Shown here: one piece after another, positions 28,601-37,249 of the stretch
Layout of the letters: each line of letters begins with the position of its first letter
Numbering within the stretch: the stretch's first letter is position 1
DNA from: a virus
Strand: one strand, 5' to 3'
IMG/VR virus record: IMGVR_UViG_3300042863_000147
Span: 25,267 to 89,266 of that record
Length of the DNA stretch: 64,000 bases
The notes under the pieces: model-generated
Seen by the model: only the letters and a program-made list of their open reading frames with translations
What the model was told of the DNA's origin: nothing
The model's database searches: none
Program-made: the position numbers and the translations under genes

Positions 28601-31600
28601 TATTTTTGCAACCGATGATAGCCTTGTAATGTTAGTGTCTTCTCCTAGTTGGAGAATCGACGGAGCATTTAGCCAAGGTCGAGTTAAAGTTTTAAATAAA
28701 GTTAATAATAAGTGGGTTAATCGATACGACTACATGTTAAACAATAGTCGAGATGTCTATTGTAGCCCAACTAGCTCAACTCAGTTCGGATATTCTCTAA
28801 ACTATGATTTAAATAAAAAATTATATTTTACAGGTGCTCCTGAAGCAACATACGTTCGTGCTCCTTTGACTACTGGAACAGTTATTTTAAGTACTGGTTC
28901 CGGAGTGGCAAAAACATTCATTAACGAAGGCTTGGTTAAAATTAACAGCAGGTCTGAGGACTTTGGTATTATTAACGTTGATCTAGTATTAGTTAATCCT
29001 AATGCCGGAACCGAATTGACTGCAAATAATTCTAGATTTGGTCACTCGATATATATTGATCAGGTTGAAAAAACTTCTGCTACTACTGTCCTGGTGAGCG
29101 CCCCCGGTACCTCTACTTTTGCAGGAGTGGGATCAGTATATGCATATAGATTGACACCGGACACCGTGGATAGTATTACAACTGCAACACTTAGCGTACA
29201 TCCTTCCGGATTAAGTGTTGAATCTACTTCTTCAATTGTGTTATCTAATGGATCACAATGGGGTTATAAAATTGCAGGATCTAATGACGGGTTGTTAATT
29301 GCAATTAGCGCACCTGGATATTCTACAGCTACTGGTGTAGTTCAATTATTTGATAGTAATTTGCAGCATGTGCAAACGATCCTCTCACCGTTCGGTGAAA
29401 AAGGAAAATTTGGGTACGATATTACTGTATCATCTTCAAAACAATATTTGATTATCTCTGCACCTGAAGTTAAAAGTTCAAATGTGCCATTTGGAAAAGT
29501 TGTAATATATACATTAACTGATGACGGTACATATGAGTTGTACCAAATGATTAATAATCCCTTACCCGGAGTAGATTTAAAATTTGGATATTCTATCTCG
29601 ATTAGCGATGATGAATCAACTATTGCAATCGGGTCGTTAGGTAAGAGCCGTTCAAAAGAACAAGTATATGACAGTAACAGCAACATACCTAGTACTGTAT
29701 TTGACAGCGGCTCGACTACATTCTTTGAATCACTACCTGATGCTGGTACAGTTTATGTCTATAATAAATTAGGAGACTATTTTGTTCAGGCAGATGAACT
29801 AAACGATGTTCTGATTGTACCGGGCAGCAGATACGGTAGTGCGGTTATTGCAACAAATGACGAAATTTTTGTAGGATCCCCTACGTCTCAAAATAATGTT
29901 GGATCTACAGAAGACCAATCTAATTTATTCATATTTGGTAAAAAAGATAAAGACTCGTTGAGTTGGAAACTGTTAAGAGAGCAAACAGATACTACTGAAA
30001 TATCTAATATAACTCGAGTCGCATTAATTGACACGTTAAATGAGGAAGTAATTGATTACTTAGATGTAATCGATCCACTGAAGGGTAAGATTGCCGGCAT
30101 TGCAGAACAAGAATTAAAATTTAAAGCAGCATTTGATCCTGCAGTATATTCTATTGGTTTAGCAGGTGTAATAGTTAATACTACTATTAACTGGATGGAC
30201 GAACACGTAGGGGAACTATGGTGGGATCTAAGCACAGCCAAGTACATGTGGTATGAGCAAGGTGATGAAATTTATAGAAAAAATAACTGGGGTCGAATGT
30301 TCCCTGGTGCAAGTATTGATGTCTATGAATGGGTTAAATCGGATCTATTACCGAATGAATGGGCTGCACAAGCCGATACTACTGAAGGACTAGTGAATAG
30401 TATAAGCGGACAGCCAAAGTACCCTGACAATAGTGTTATTTCTGTTAAGCAATTGTTTAACAACGTAACCGGCTCATTTGAAAATGTATATTATTACTGG
30501 GTAAAGAATAAAGTTACCTTGCCAGCAGCAAAAAATAGAAGATTGAGCGGATCTCAAGTTACAAGTTACATTGCTGATCCTGTAGCATCGGGGTTAAAGT
30601 TCATTGAAGTACTATCTACTAATGCCGTTGCATTTGCTAACGTTCAGCCTTCTTTAATTAGTGACAGAATTAACGCAAACATTGCCATTGACTTAAATTC
30701 AGTTGTGCCCAAGCACACTGAGTGGTTGCTGTTAAATGAAGGTGATCATACTAGTGTTCCTAATACTCTGTTAGAGAAAAAACTATTTGATAGTTTAATT
30801 GGTCAAGATTCACTTGGTAACGCAGTACCAGCAGACGAGCTCACTTCGAGGAATAGGTACGGCATTGGTATCCGCCCTCAGCAGACCTTATTTAAAGATC
30901 GGCTTGGTGCTCTAAGAAATGCACTAACTTTTGTAAATTCTGTCCTAGCATCTAATCAAATTGTTGGCATATATTCTTTTGAAACGCTCAACAAGAGAGA
31001 AGAAATTCCTAATTTACAATTGTATGAGTATGATTTAATTGTCGAAGACTTGGACGTACTTCAGGAAATTTCTACAATAAATTATGTCAGAGCCGAAGTA
31101 ACCTGTCATGCATTGAATGGAAAATTAAGAAATATAGTTATTGATAATCCTGGATTTGGTTATCTTATCGCTCCTAAGCTGACAATACTTTCTTCAAGCC
31201 GAACACCTGCTGAAGTAGTTACTGAAATAGATGCACAGGGCAGAGTAATCTCTGCTAGCATTGTATCAGCTGGGGCCGGGTATGATGATGGAATATTATC
31301 ATCATTAATCCGTCCGCATTCTGCTATTGTTGAAGTTAATAACTTAGCAGGTAATCGTTGGACTAAACACAGTTTTGATTATGATTTGAAAGCATGGACT
31401 ACTGCACAAACGCAGAAATATAACACGCCACTTTATTGGTCAAAGATTGACTGGGTAAGTAAAGATTACGATTCTTACAGGCTAGTTGCATACACGATAT
31501 CTGATTTATTTGAATTAGGATCTTTGTCATCTGTTGAGGCAGGTGAGTATGTAAAAGTTAAAAATATCGGTGATGGCAACTACGCAATACTTAAAAAAGT

Positions 31601-34600
31601 AGAAGACGGCGGAAATTACATTCCGTCTTATGATATTATATATCGTGAGCAAGGTACTATTCAGATATCTGACTTATTATGGAATTATAATTCTGGAAAA
31701 GTGGCATATGATGCTGCAACAATTGAAGAAACACTATATGATCAAATTCCTAGTCAAGAATTGCTGTACATATTAACTGCTTTAAAGAATGATATCTTTG
31801 TAAATAATTTAAAAGTAAATTGGAATTTATTTTTCTTCAATGCAGTAAAATATGCCCTAACGGAACAGAAATTATTAGACTGGGCATTCAAAACATCGTT
31901 CATTAATGTAAAAAATAAAATAGGCACATTAAATCAGCGTTCTGTTTATAACTTAAACAACGAGCAATATTTTGAACAGTACATTAATGAGATTAAACCA
32001 TATCATACAAAAATAAGAAGTTATACATCTGCCTACGACAAAACTGAGCAAGCCGATGTATATACTACCGATTTTGACTTGCCCTCTTATTACAATACCT
32101 TAACTGATACGCTTGATGTGGTTCAGTTAGGAGATTCATTAATATCTACTGCACCGTGGAAATCTTGGAATGAGAATTACAAGTTGTACGTCGGTGCGAT
32201 CGAAGTTGGATATACTGGATCAGGTTATACTCAGCGTCCAACTGTTACTATTACAACTATACCAGGAGATACAGGAACAGGTGCCGCGGCTGAGGCCTAT
32301 ATTAGAAATGGATCAGTATATAAAGTTCTTGTGACTAATCCAGGAAGTGGATACACTATGCCGCCTACAGTTACTATTACAGGCGGTGGCCAAGTTACTG
32401 ATGTTGCTAGGGTATCGGTAGTTATGGCTAACAATAATGTTAGAAAAAATATTATAGGAATGAAATTTGACAGGACTTCAGTAGAAGGAGATTTAATTGA
32501 TTTAACTGTGACTGACGAATTCATTTGCGACGGGACACTAGATAAATTTACATTAACTTGGCTAGCAAGTCCGGATAAAAAAACTATAACACCTTTATTG
32601 GACGGTAAGTTAATATATGGAACAGATTATACCATAGAGTATTATCAAACTAAAGTCTCTGATCGGTATGTAGATGTTGATAAGTCTTTTCCAAAAGGTT
32701 CGTGGGAAGGTGAAACGATGGTCGACCATCGTTATAGATACTTCGTGAATACTAATAGTACCGATGATGTTGTTGGATCAATTAGACATTATGCTAAATT
32801 TGTATTCTTAAAACAAGTCCCTAACGACGGTCAGGTGTTTAAGATTACATATAAAAAGAGTCTAGATTTATACAATGCAATTGATAGAATTAACAGTTTG
32901 TATAATCCTACAGATGACATGCCTGGGAAAGAATTACCGTTGCTAATGTCTGGTGCAGAATATCCTGGTACAAGTTTGCAAGGACTAATGTTTAATCAAA
33001 CACCGCAATGGGATAGTACGGGCACACAGTATGACACAGCACCTTGGGGCGATTACATTAGCAGTTATACTACTAAGAAGTTGAAAAGCGATTTGTACAT
33101 TGGGACACAAAATTTTACCGTTGATTCAACTGATGGTATTGCTGTAGGACAAACTGTAAAAGTAGTCGGCACATCGACAGTCGCTCACTTTAAACCAGGC
33201 ACAGTAGTTACTGATGTCCTTTCCGGATCTAACCAAGTTATTATAGGTACATTAAGTACTGAAAAAACAATGATCACACATGCAGTATCTACCAATACAG
33301 CTATCGGATCCGTTGTTACTTTAGAAACTTCTAAATTGTTCCATACTGCAATTAATAAGGATGACTTTATACAGATTAATGGCATTGAAAGTTTATTGGG
33401 TCGAGGAATTTCTTTATATGTAAATGTAATATCACCTCCGGCGGTATCAACTTCGACTGCAATACCTTCAGTGACTGTAACATTTAGTCCTCCTGATTTC
33501 CCAGGAGGAATTCAAGCAACTGGTATTCCAGTATTTGACCAAAATACAGCAACTGCGGTTCTAGTCACTAATCCTGGAATGGGATATCGTAATGCACCAA
33601 CGGTAACATACACAGGTACTAATATGCTATCTACTGGATTTGCAGTAGCGTATCTAGATCCAGGTTATAATCAATTTGCACAAGTTACAACTTGTACATC
33701 TAATACTTTACAATTTAGAACAGCATTTACTTTAAGCAGTACTGCAACAATCTTAGAACCCGGAGCAGGATTTTATCTAGCTAGCCAAATTGTGAATGAA
33801 ATCGGATCGGCTGATAAACTGATAGATCATGTTACACTAGTCTCGAGTGGAACTACATCTATTTCAGTTAATACATTTGCACCTCGAAATAATGTTGTTC
33901 GTGCAGAAGTTACTTTAAATTCGACGCAAATTAATTCAACTAGCACTGACACACTTTGGTACAGTATTTCAAATTCAGTCGATGGATATAATCGAGCAGT
34001 CGTAACAATTCAAGATACATTAACTAATACAATCATTAACGGTGATGTTGATGTTAAATTGTATGATAACACTGAACTTGAATTTTATACATACGATACT
34101 GATTATAATTTAGATAGTATTGTTGATGGATCCAACTTAGTTGACACTTCTGTAGGATACAAACCAGAAGATATCGTTATAGACGGAAATACATTCTTAA
34201 ATGCTTTTGATTCTTATGCACCTGAAGAATGTGTGCCCGGCCATGTAAGAGATTCAGTGGGTATAAATGTTTATACTGTTTCTGAACCATCAGCTCCTTT
34301 GGTAATTTCTGGAGCATTTGCAGCAATTGATTCTGGAATATCTGCAGCAAAATTAAGTTTTGTGCCAGATACTCCTCTAGGATTCTTAGTATATGCAAAT
34401 GGAAAATCATTTACACGAGTAGCAAACCAAGCAGCGTTTAGTTCTTCTACACAATATTGTTTCTATGAAGGCAGCATCGTAGTTCCTGCACAACCAGCAA
34501 ACACTAGAGTAGGATACACCTATGTTACCGCAGGTGCAGATGTATTATTTGATAGCAGTTACGTATCTACTGATACTGAACAGTCGGGTAACACAGGTAC

Positions 34601-36395
34601 TGCAATGGCGTCTAGTTTGCTGTTAATTGACGATGTTAGAAGTGTGTATGTATTAGTTGATGGACAAGAGATTCCTGAATCAGTATCTCCTAACTTAGCT
34701 GAATTTGGTTATAAACTAGTCCCAACTGGATCTAACAATAATCGAGCAGGAGTATTTGTCCAAGGACTTACTACAGGCCAACATGACATAGAAGCTTGGT
34801 TCTTTACCAGTCCTTATCCTACTTTTAATAGAGTTAATGATCAATTCTTTACAATTGAAACTACTGCAACTTCCAGTGTAACACTTCCACTTGCTCCGTC
34901 ATTAATTGAACCTGCAAGCGAGCAAGTTATTGTTGAAAAAATAACTTCAACTAGTAGATATAGAATGCTTCCGCCTTGGGCAAGTTATTACAAAGTTCAA
35001 AACGGACAGACAACATTTGCAATTGATCCTAAAAATTCTAGACCTGCAACATATAGTCTAGATAATGTTAGGGTCTATATGAACGGTAACGAACTTCGTC
35101 CAGGATACGACTTCACAGTTAGTGGAATTAACGAAACAGTAACATTGACCTATCCGTTACTTGCAACGGGCGATGCGATAGCAATTATATCATTAGTTGA
35201 TTATGATTACATAGTACAAGGCAATACATTAACATTTGCAACACCTGTAGCAAATGCAACTATTAAAGTAACATCATTTACTAATCATGATAACATGATG
35301 ATTAGAACTGAACGATTTGAAGGTAATTATGGCAGAAGATTTGAATTAACATTCCCTGCAATAAGCGATACATATGTATGGGTAACTGTTAATAGCAAAC
35401 CTTTAATTGCTGGGTATGATTATAAATTATTTGAAGACTTAAAGACAATTGAACTTTCTGAATTCGTTGATGTTGGCGACAACGACGACATTGTAGTAGT
35501 TGTTGTTAATCCTATATCTTACGGAGATACTGTTCTTGGATATCGTGTCTTTAAGGATATGTTTGATAGACACCATTTCCATCGACTATCCCGCGAATTT
35601 ACTACACGACTAAGCCAACCTGTAGAATTTACAAGTGACAAAATTTTAGTCGAGCAAGGTGACAATCTACTACAACCTAATCCAGGATTAAACATTCCCG
35701 GAGTAGTTATTATAGACGGTGAAAGAATTGAATACGGTGCAAGGGACGGCAATCAATTAAGTCAATTAAGAAGAAGTACATTAGGAACTGGTCCAGCACG
35801 ATTCTCCGACGAGGGTACCAAAGTAATTGATGTAAGTCTTCGTCAAAAAATTGCAACAGTTGATTACAGTTTAATTCAACATATTGCTAGTTCGAATACT
35901 ACTACTTACATAATAAACACATCATCGAACAATTCTGTTTTTACAATTAATACAACATCGAACGTGGGTGATGGTATTACTTTATCAACGGGTGTTAATG
36001 CAGTTGATCAAGTAGACGTATATTTTGGAGGCCGCCGACTACGGAAGACTCCTCTAGCAGTTCATGATAAAAACTTAGCATATTATGATTCTGCTGATAC
36101 AGTGGTAATACACCCACCAGAGTTTAGTATAACTACATCTACACAAGAGATTATATTAAATATTGCTGACGAGATTTCTACAGGTACTAGAATAACCATT
36201 GTGAAAAAAGTTGGCAAATTATGGACCGGAACAGAAGCCACATCATTGCTGTCAAGTACCGCAACACAAGCGGGATTCTTAAGGGCACGACCTGCAGAGT
36301 TACCGGACATTTATTACTACGGCGGAGACAAAGTATTAGTAGAAAACAGCAATGCACTAACAGACGAAACTGGAGAACCTCTAGAAGGATATTAA
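22680..36395 (+). CDS. Giant 4571-aa virion structural protein (baseplate wedge/adhesin, gp7 position)
   Basis: Uninterrupted ORF after gp6; IKPYHTKIR motif, FG-GAP-like and GSGYT..PTVTI repeats. Confidence 0.75.
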   Translation: MADIKKSVNLLPEYLRTSKNSKFLSSTIDQLIQTPRVERVDGYVGSKLTPNYNPSTDFYIKQASLLRQNYSLEPAAIFNDQAGNVTDVVSYDDLINELSIQGAKTDNLDTLLRSKFYAYDPLIDWDKIVNYTDYYWVPLGPDAIILFDENLDVTDIIGNQTYTMSNGYPLSNGMKIAFFDNTIQAEYRRKEFIVEGVGSSIKLLDFSLLSSNDRISRVFDEEFDSTIFDSYPFDSDRKFPITPDYITINRSSNDLNPWSKYNRWFHRDVIQATAEINKVPVIYPLAARARRPIIEFKPNIQLFNFGKVGIRDVDVIDVTTKDAFNEVDGTYGYYVDGVLLQKGHRVIFNADSNNDVRGRIYEVNFDVTGPVPVLRLVVPSDNLPSELDSVGVNFGTDYYGTNWFFDSSINQWKYAQQHNAVNQPPLFDLFTNDGISISKITDASNFTGNQIFGYEVGTGVVDEVLGFPLKYKNNIKVGTGSFPFRTYFLTDVISIISNNQSSSLSASTTFLKLNDSLVNIWVEAEDYQIPIIEVQTISESTSSLVLTCLDKPINTNISVTASVNDVIVPVTITATPSSVTVNTEDILPAGSTIQLKIETDQLPNSNGFYESPVGLTKNPLNEIISSITLSELGDHLSSMTGKLTGFTGKNLRDLSNYTKYGSRLVANANPIVFSQIFLGKKEHNVIDAIRQAGTFYDQFKMNFLRLLTTVDDQLSAADALDEVLKTINKARDVKSPYQRSDMLGYGDDKIVRTFTVTSRGNVEYPTGIEFDLTRLSFNSVLVYLNSVQLIANRDYTFDYINGSVTLLTALNIDDVISINYYPNTLGTYIPPTPSKLGLYPAYVPELFTDTSYVTPSLSIRGHDGSIIKAYGDYRDAIILEYETRVYNNIKTQYRKEVFDIIGIQPSAFRMSKYDIDDLNNILVNDFSRWSGINNIDASANTVFDEGNPFTWNYKGSVDNVLDSVVSGYWRSLFKYFYDTDCPNTRPWEMLGYSIRPEWWIDTYGTAPYASTNTLLWNDLKNGYSRGENAVFSKYVRPDLLSIIPVDSTGNLKSPNLFLVSPNGYQDKIAKWTFGDQSPAETAWRRSSNWPFAINAAAALLDPCGYCSALYDVSRTSVNALNQITYQTDGLYLNPKNLLIEGEDNTQVAGFGTYLVEKGKQKDQNYVNTLRQDLTNLKVSLFHKLGGFASKEKLQIIIDSIDPTSTSPGVVLPPEDYSLILNVSNPIKVARVSGIIVQKSEGKFIIKGYDVANPYFEILRPLKTAISGVVKVGGVSEQFSDWSNVVNNGNKGLSSVDTTSANSTTSRYYKQGQLVRYNSRFYRVKVGHEAQSTFDSSLYQALPELPIVGGAVAQLPARYETEVTKVPYGTEMTSVQEVYDLIVGYGAFLEKEGFVFDEFSTELNEILNWKFTGKEFLYWTTQNWADNSLITLSPFANYLKYSFPNSVTDNITSSKYEYSLLKADGKPYPIERVTTDREDTVCTIRTNDPNEGLFFATLNSVQKEHGMVFNNFTIFNDTIYDTPTGYKQRRIKLSGFRTKDWNGDLFSPGFVFDNVKITDWKSYENYLPGAVVRYNGKYYESLVRITADSTFDFTKWSQLADKPESQLLPNFDYKINQFEDFYSLDIDNFDYGQQQLAQRLTGYTPRTYLNNIFTNPISQYKFYQGLIKDKGTKNAVDKLSKASEFTNKGDITFKEEWAFRIGHYGSYETFKEIEFPLTEGSSLENPYIVKFDNTSPFDANPLINYVTPADLLITSTDYNPASTFSSYPSTWLDNNIKLSTAGYVRPDDITSTAYNKNSLLDIANNSIIKNGDTIWLGFQENGDWTVYRYINQLAKITGVFVSAPGSEITFVSDSHHGLQIGDIISIVRFNEQVDGVYVVNNVTELNQFTVSSELASIENAELLNYGSLYKFENARYSNLTELSQVTDLLKLNAGDKVWIDEGLAGKWQVYEKVKNYLTTAIEPANFPMGQKFGYTIFATDDSLVMLVSSPSWRIDGAFSQGRVKVLNKVNNKWVNRYDYMLNNSRDVYCSPTSSTQFGYSLNYDLNKKLYFTGAPEATYVRAPLTTGTVILSTGSGVAKTFINEGLVKINSRSEDFGIINVDLVLVNPNAGTELTANNSRFGHSIYIDQVEKTSATTVLVSAPGTSTFAGVGSVYAYRLTPDTVDSITTATLSVHPSGLSVESTSSIVLSNGSQWGYKIAGSNDGLLIAISAPGYSTATGVVQLFDSNLQHVQTILSPFGEKGKFGYDITVSSSKQYLIISAPEVKSSNVPFGKVVIYTLTDDGTYELYQMINNPLPGVDLKFGYSISISDDESTIAIGSLGKSRSKEQVYDSNSNIPSTVFDSGSTTFFESLPDAGTVYVYNKLGDYFVQADELNDVLIVPGSRYGSAVIATNDEIFVGSPTSQNNVGSTEDQSNLFIFGKKDKDSLSWKLLREQTDTTEISNITRVALIDTLNEEVIDYLDVIDPLKGKIAGIAEQELKFKAAFDPAVYSIGLAGVIVNTTINWMDEHVGELWWDLSTAKYMWYEQGDEIYRKNNWGRMFPGASIDVYEWVKSDLLPNEWAAQADTTEGLVNSISGQPKYPDNSVISVKQLFNNVTGSFENVYYYWVKNKVTLPAAKNRRLSGSQVTSYIADPVASGLKFIEVLSTNAVAFANVQPSLISDRINANIAIDLNSVVPKHTEWLLLNEGDHTSVPNTLLEKKLFDSLIGQDSLGNAVPADELTSRNRYGIGIRPQQTLFKDRLGALRNALTFVNSVLASNQIVGIYSFETLNKREEIPNLQLYEYDLIVEDLDVLQEISTINYVRAEVTCHALNGKLRNIVIDNPGFGYLIAPKLTILSSSRTPAEVVTEIDAQGRVISASIVSAGAGYDDGILSSLIRPHSAIVEVNNLAGNRWTKHSFDYDLKAWTTAQTQKYNTPLYWSKIDWVSKDYDSYRLVAYTISDLFELGSLSSVEAGEYVKVKNIGDGNYAILKKVEDGGNYIPSYDIIYREQGTIQISDLLWNYNSGKVAYDAATIEETLYDQIPSQELLYILTALKNDIFVNNLKVNWNLFFFNAVKYALTEQKLLDWAFKTSFINVKNKIGTLNQRSVYNLNNEQYFEQYINEIKPYHTKIRSYTSAYDKTEQADVYTTDFDLPSYYNTLTDTLDVVQLGDSLISTAPWKSWNENYKLYVGAIEVGYTGSGYTQRPTVTITTIPGDTGTGAAAEAYIRNGSVYKVLVTNPGSGYTMPPTVTITGGGQVTDVARVSVVMANNNVRKNIIGMKFDRTSVEGDLIDLTVTDEFICDGTLDKFTLTWLASPDKKTITPLLDGKLIYGTDYTIEYYQTKVSDRYVDVDKSFPKGSWEGETMVDHRYRYFVNTNSTDDVVGSIRHYAKFVFLKQVPNDGQVFKITYKKSLDLYNAIDRINSLYNPTDDMPGKELPLLMSGAEYPGTSLQGLMFNQTPQWDSTGTQYDTAPWGDYISSYTTKKLKSDLYIGTQNFTVDSTDGIAVGQTVKVVGTSTVAHFKPGTVVTDVLSGSNQVIIGTLSTEKTMITHAVSTNTAIGSVVTLETSKLFHTAINKDDFIQINGIESLLGRGISLYVNVISPPAVSTSTAIPSVTVTFSPPDFPGGIQATGIPVFDQNTATAVLVTNPGMGYRNAPTVTYTGTNMLSTGFAVAYLDPGYNQFAQVTTCTSNTLQFRTAFTLSSTATILEPGAGFYLASQIVNEIGSADKLIDHVTLVSSGTTSISVNTFAPRNNVVRAEVTLNSTQINSTSTDTLWYSISNSVDGYNRAVVTIQDTLTNTIINGDVDVKLYDNTELEFYTYDTDYNLDSIVDGSNLVDTSVGYKPEDIVIDGNTFLNAFDSYAPEECVPGHVRDSVGINVYTVSEPSAPLVISGAFAAIDSGISAAKLSFVPDTPLGFLVYANGKSFTRVANQAAFSSSTQYCFYEGSIVVPAQPANTRVGYTYVTAGADVLFDSSYVSTDTEQSGNTGTAMASSLLLIDDVRSVYVLVDGQEIPESVSPNLAEFGYKLVPTGSNNNRAGVFVQGLTTGQHDIEAWFFTSPYPTFNRVNDQFFTIETTATSSVTLPLAPSLIEPASEQVIVEKITSTSRYRMLPPWASYYKVQNGQTTFAIDPKNSRPATYSLDNVRVYMNGNELRPGYDFTVSGINETVTLTYPLLATGDAIAIISLVDYDYIVQGNTLTFATPVANATIKVTSFTNHDNMMIRTERFEGNYGRRFELTFPAISDTYVWVTVNSKPLIAGYDYKLFEDLKTIELSEFVDVGDNDDIVVVVVNPISYGDTVLGYRVFKDMFDRHHFHRLSREFTTRLSQPVEFTSDKILVEQGDNLLQPNPGLNIPGVVIIDGERIEYGARDGNQLSQLRRSTLGTGPARFSDEGTKVIDVSLRQKIATVDYSLIQHIASSNTTTYIINTSSNNSVFTINTTSNVGDGITLSTGVNAVDQVDVYFGGRRLRKTPLAVHDKNLAYYDSADTVVIHPPEFSITTSTQEIILNIADEISTGTRITIVKKVGKLWTGTEATSLLSSTATQAGFLRARPAELPDIYYYGGDKVLVENSNALTDETGEPLEGY

Positions 36396-36396
36396 A

Positions 36397-37248
36397 ATGC
36401 CAAATATTACAATACTACCCACTATTACTACAGCATCAAATGAAACAACATTTGTTATTGTTGATAATAGACTCACTAGGAGAATGAGTTATTCAAACTT
36501 AAAGATACAAATATCTAGAGATCTTAAAGCTGAAGGATTTCAGGGCCCAACTGGATCAACTGGTACTAGCGGCACCAATGGTATTAATGGAATCGGTGTT
36601 CCGAGTGGCGGAAATACTGGACAAGTTCTTGCTAAGGCAAGTCAGGCTAATTTCACTACTACCTGGATAACATTAGCAGCGGTATCAACTACCGGAAACT
36701 ATTCTTCTCTTATTGGGATACCAGCAGCATACACTGCCACTAGCATTGATTCTTTCATCGATGTGGATACATCAACAGTTCCGCCGACTAACGGTCAAGC
36801 TCTATTATGGAGTTCTGGGAATAATAAATGGCAACCGGCATCGGTTGGAGCCGGCATAGGGTTATCCACTAGGACAACGGCAGTTGGTAGTTCTGTATTA
36901 AGCCTATCTCCTGGCCAAACTTCAAATGGTCAAATAGTAGGGTTTAAGTCTTATCTATTATCTAAAGTGACTACAGATTATCCTGCATGGGTTAGAATTT
37001 ATACAGATGCTGCAAGTAGAACAAATGATTCAACTAGGACAGAAGGTAACGATCCCCTTCCGGGTAGTGGAGTAATTGCAGAAGTGATTACTACAGCTGG
37101 ATATTTAACTCAATTAATAACTCCGGGTGTGATAGGATTTAATAATGACACAGTGACTACTTCTACCATTTATGTTGCAGTTACAAATAAAGACTCAACT
37201 AGCAGAACTATTTCAACCACCTTGAGCATATTGCAATTGGAAGCCTAA
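36397..37248 (+). CDS. Tail fibre-like protein with short collagen-like segment
   Basis: QGPTGSTGTSGTNGING, GGNTGQVLAK, PTNGQALLW. Confidence 0.6.
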   Translation: MPNITILPTITTASNETTFVIVDNRLTRRMSYSNLKIQISRDLKAEGFQGPTGSTGTSGTNGINGIGVPSGGNTGQVLAKASQANFTTTWITLAAVSTTGNYSSLIGIPAAYTATSIDSFIDVDTSTVPPTNGQALLWSSGNNKWQPASVGAGIGLSTRTTAVGSSVLSLSPGQTSNGQIVGFKSYLLSKVTTDYPAWVRIYTDAASRTNDSTRTEGNDPLPGSGVIAEVITTAGYLTQLITPGVIGFNNDTVTTSTIYVAVTNKDSTSRTISTTLSILQLEA

Positions 37249-37249
37249 A

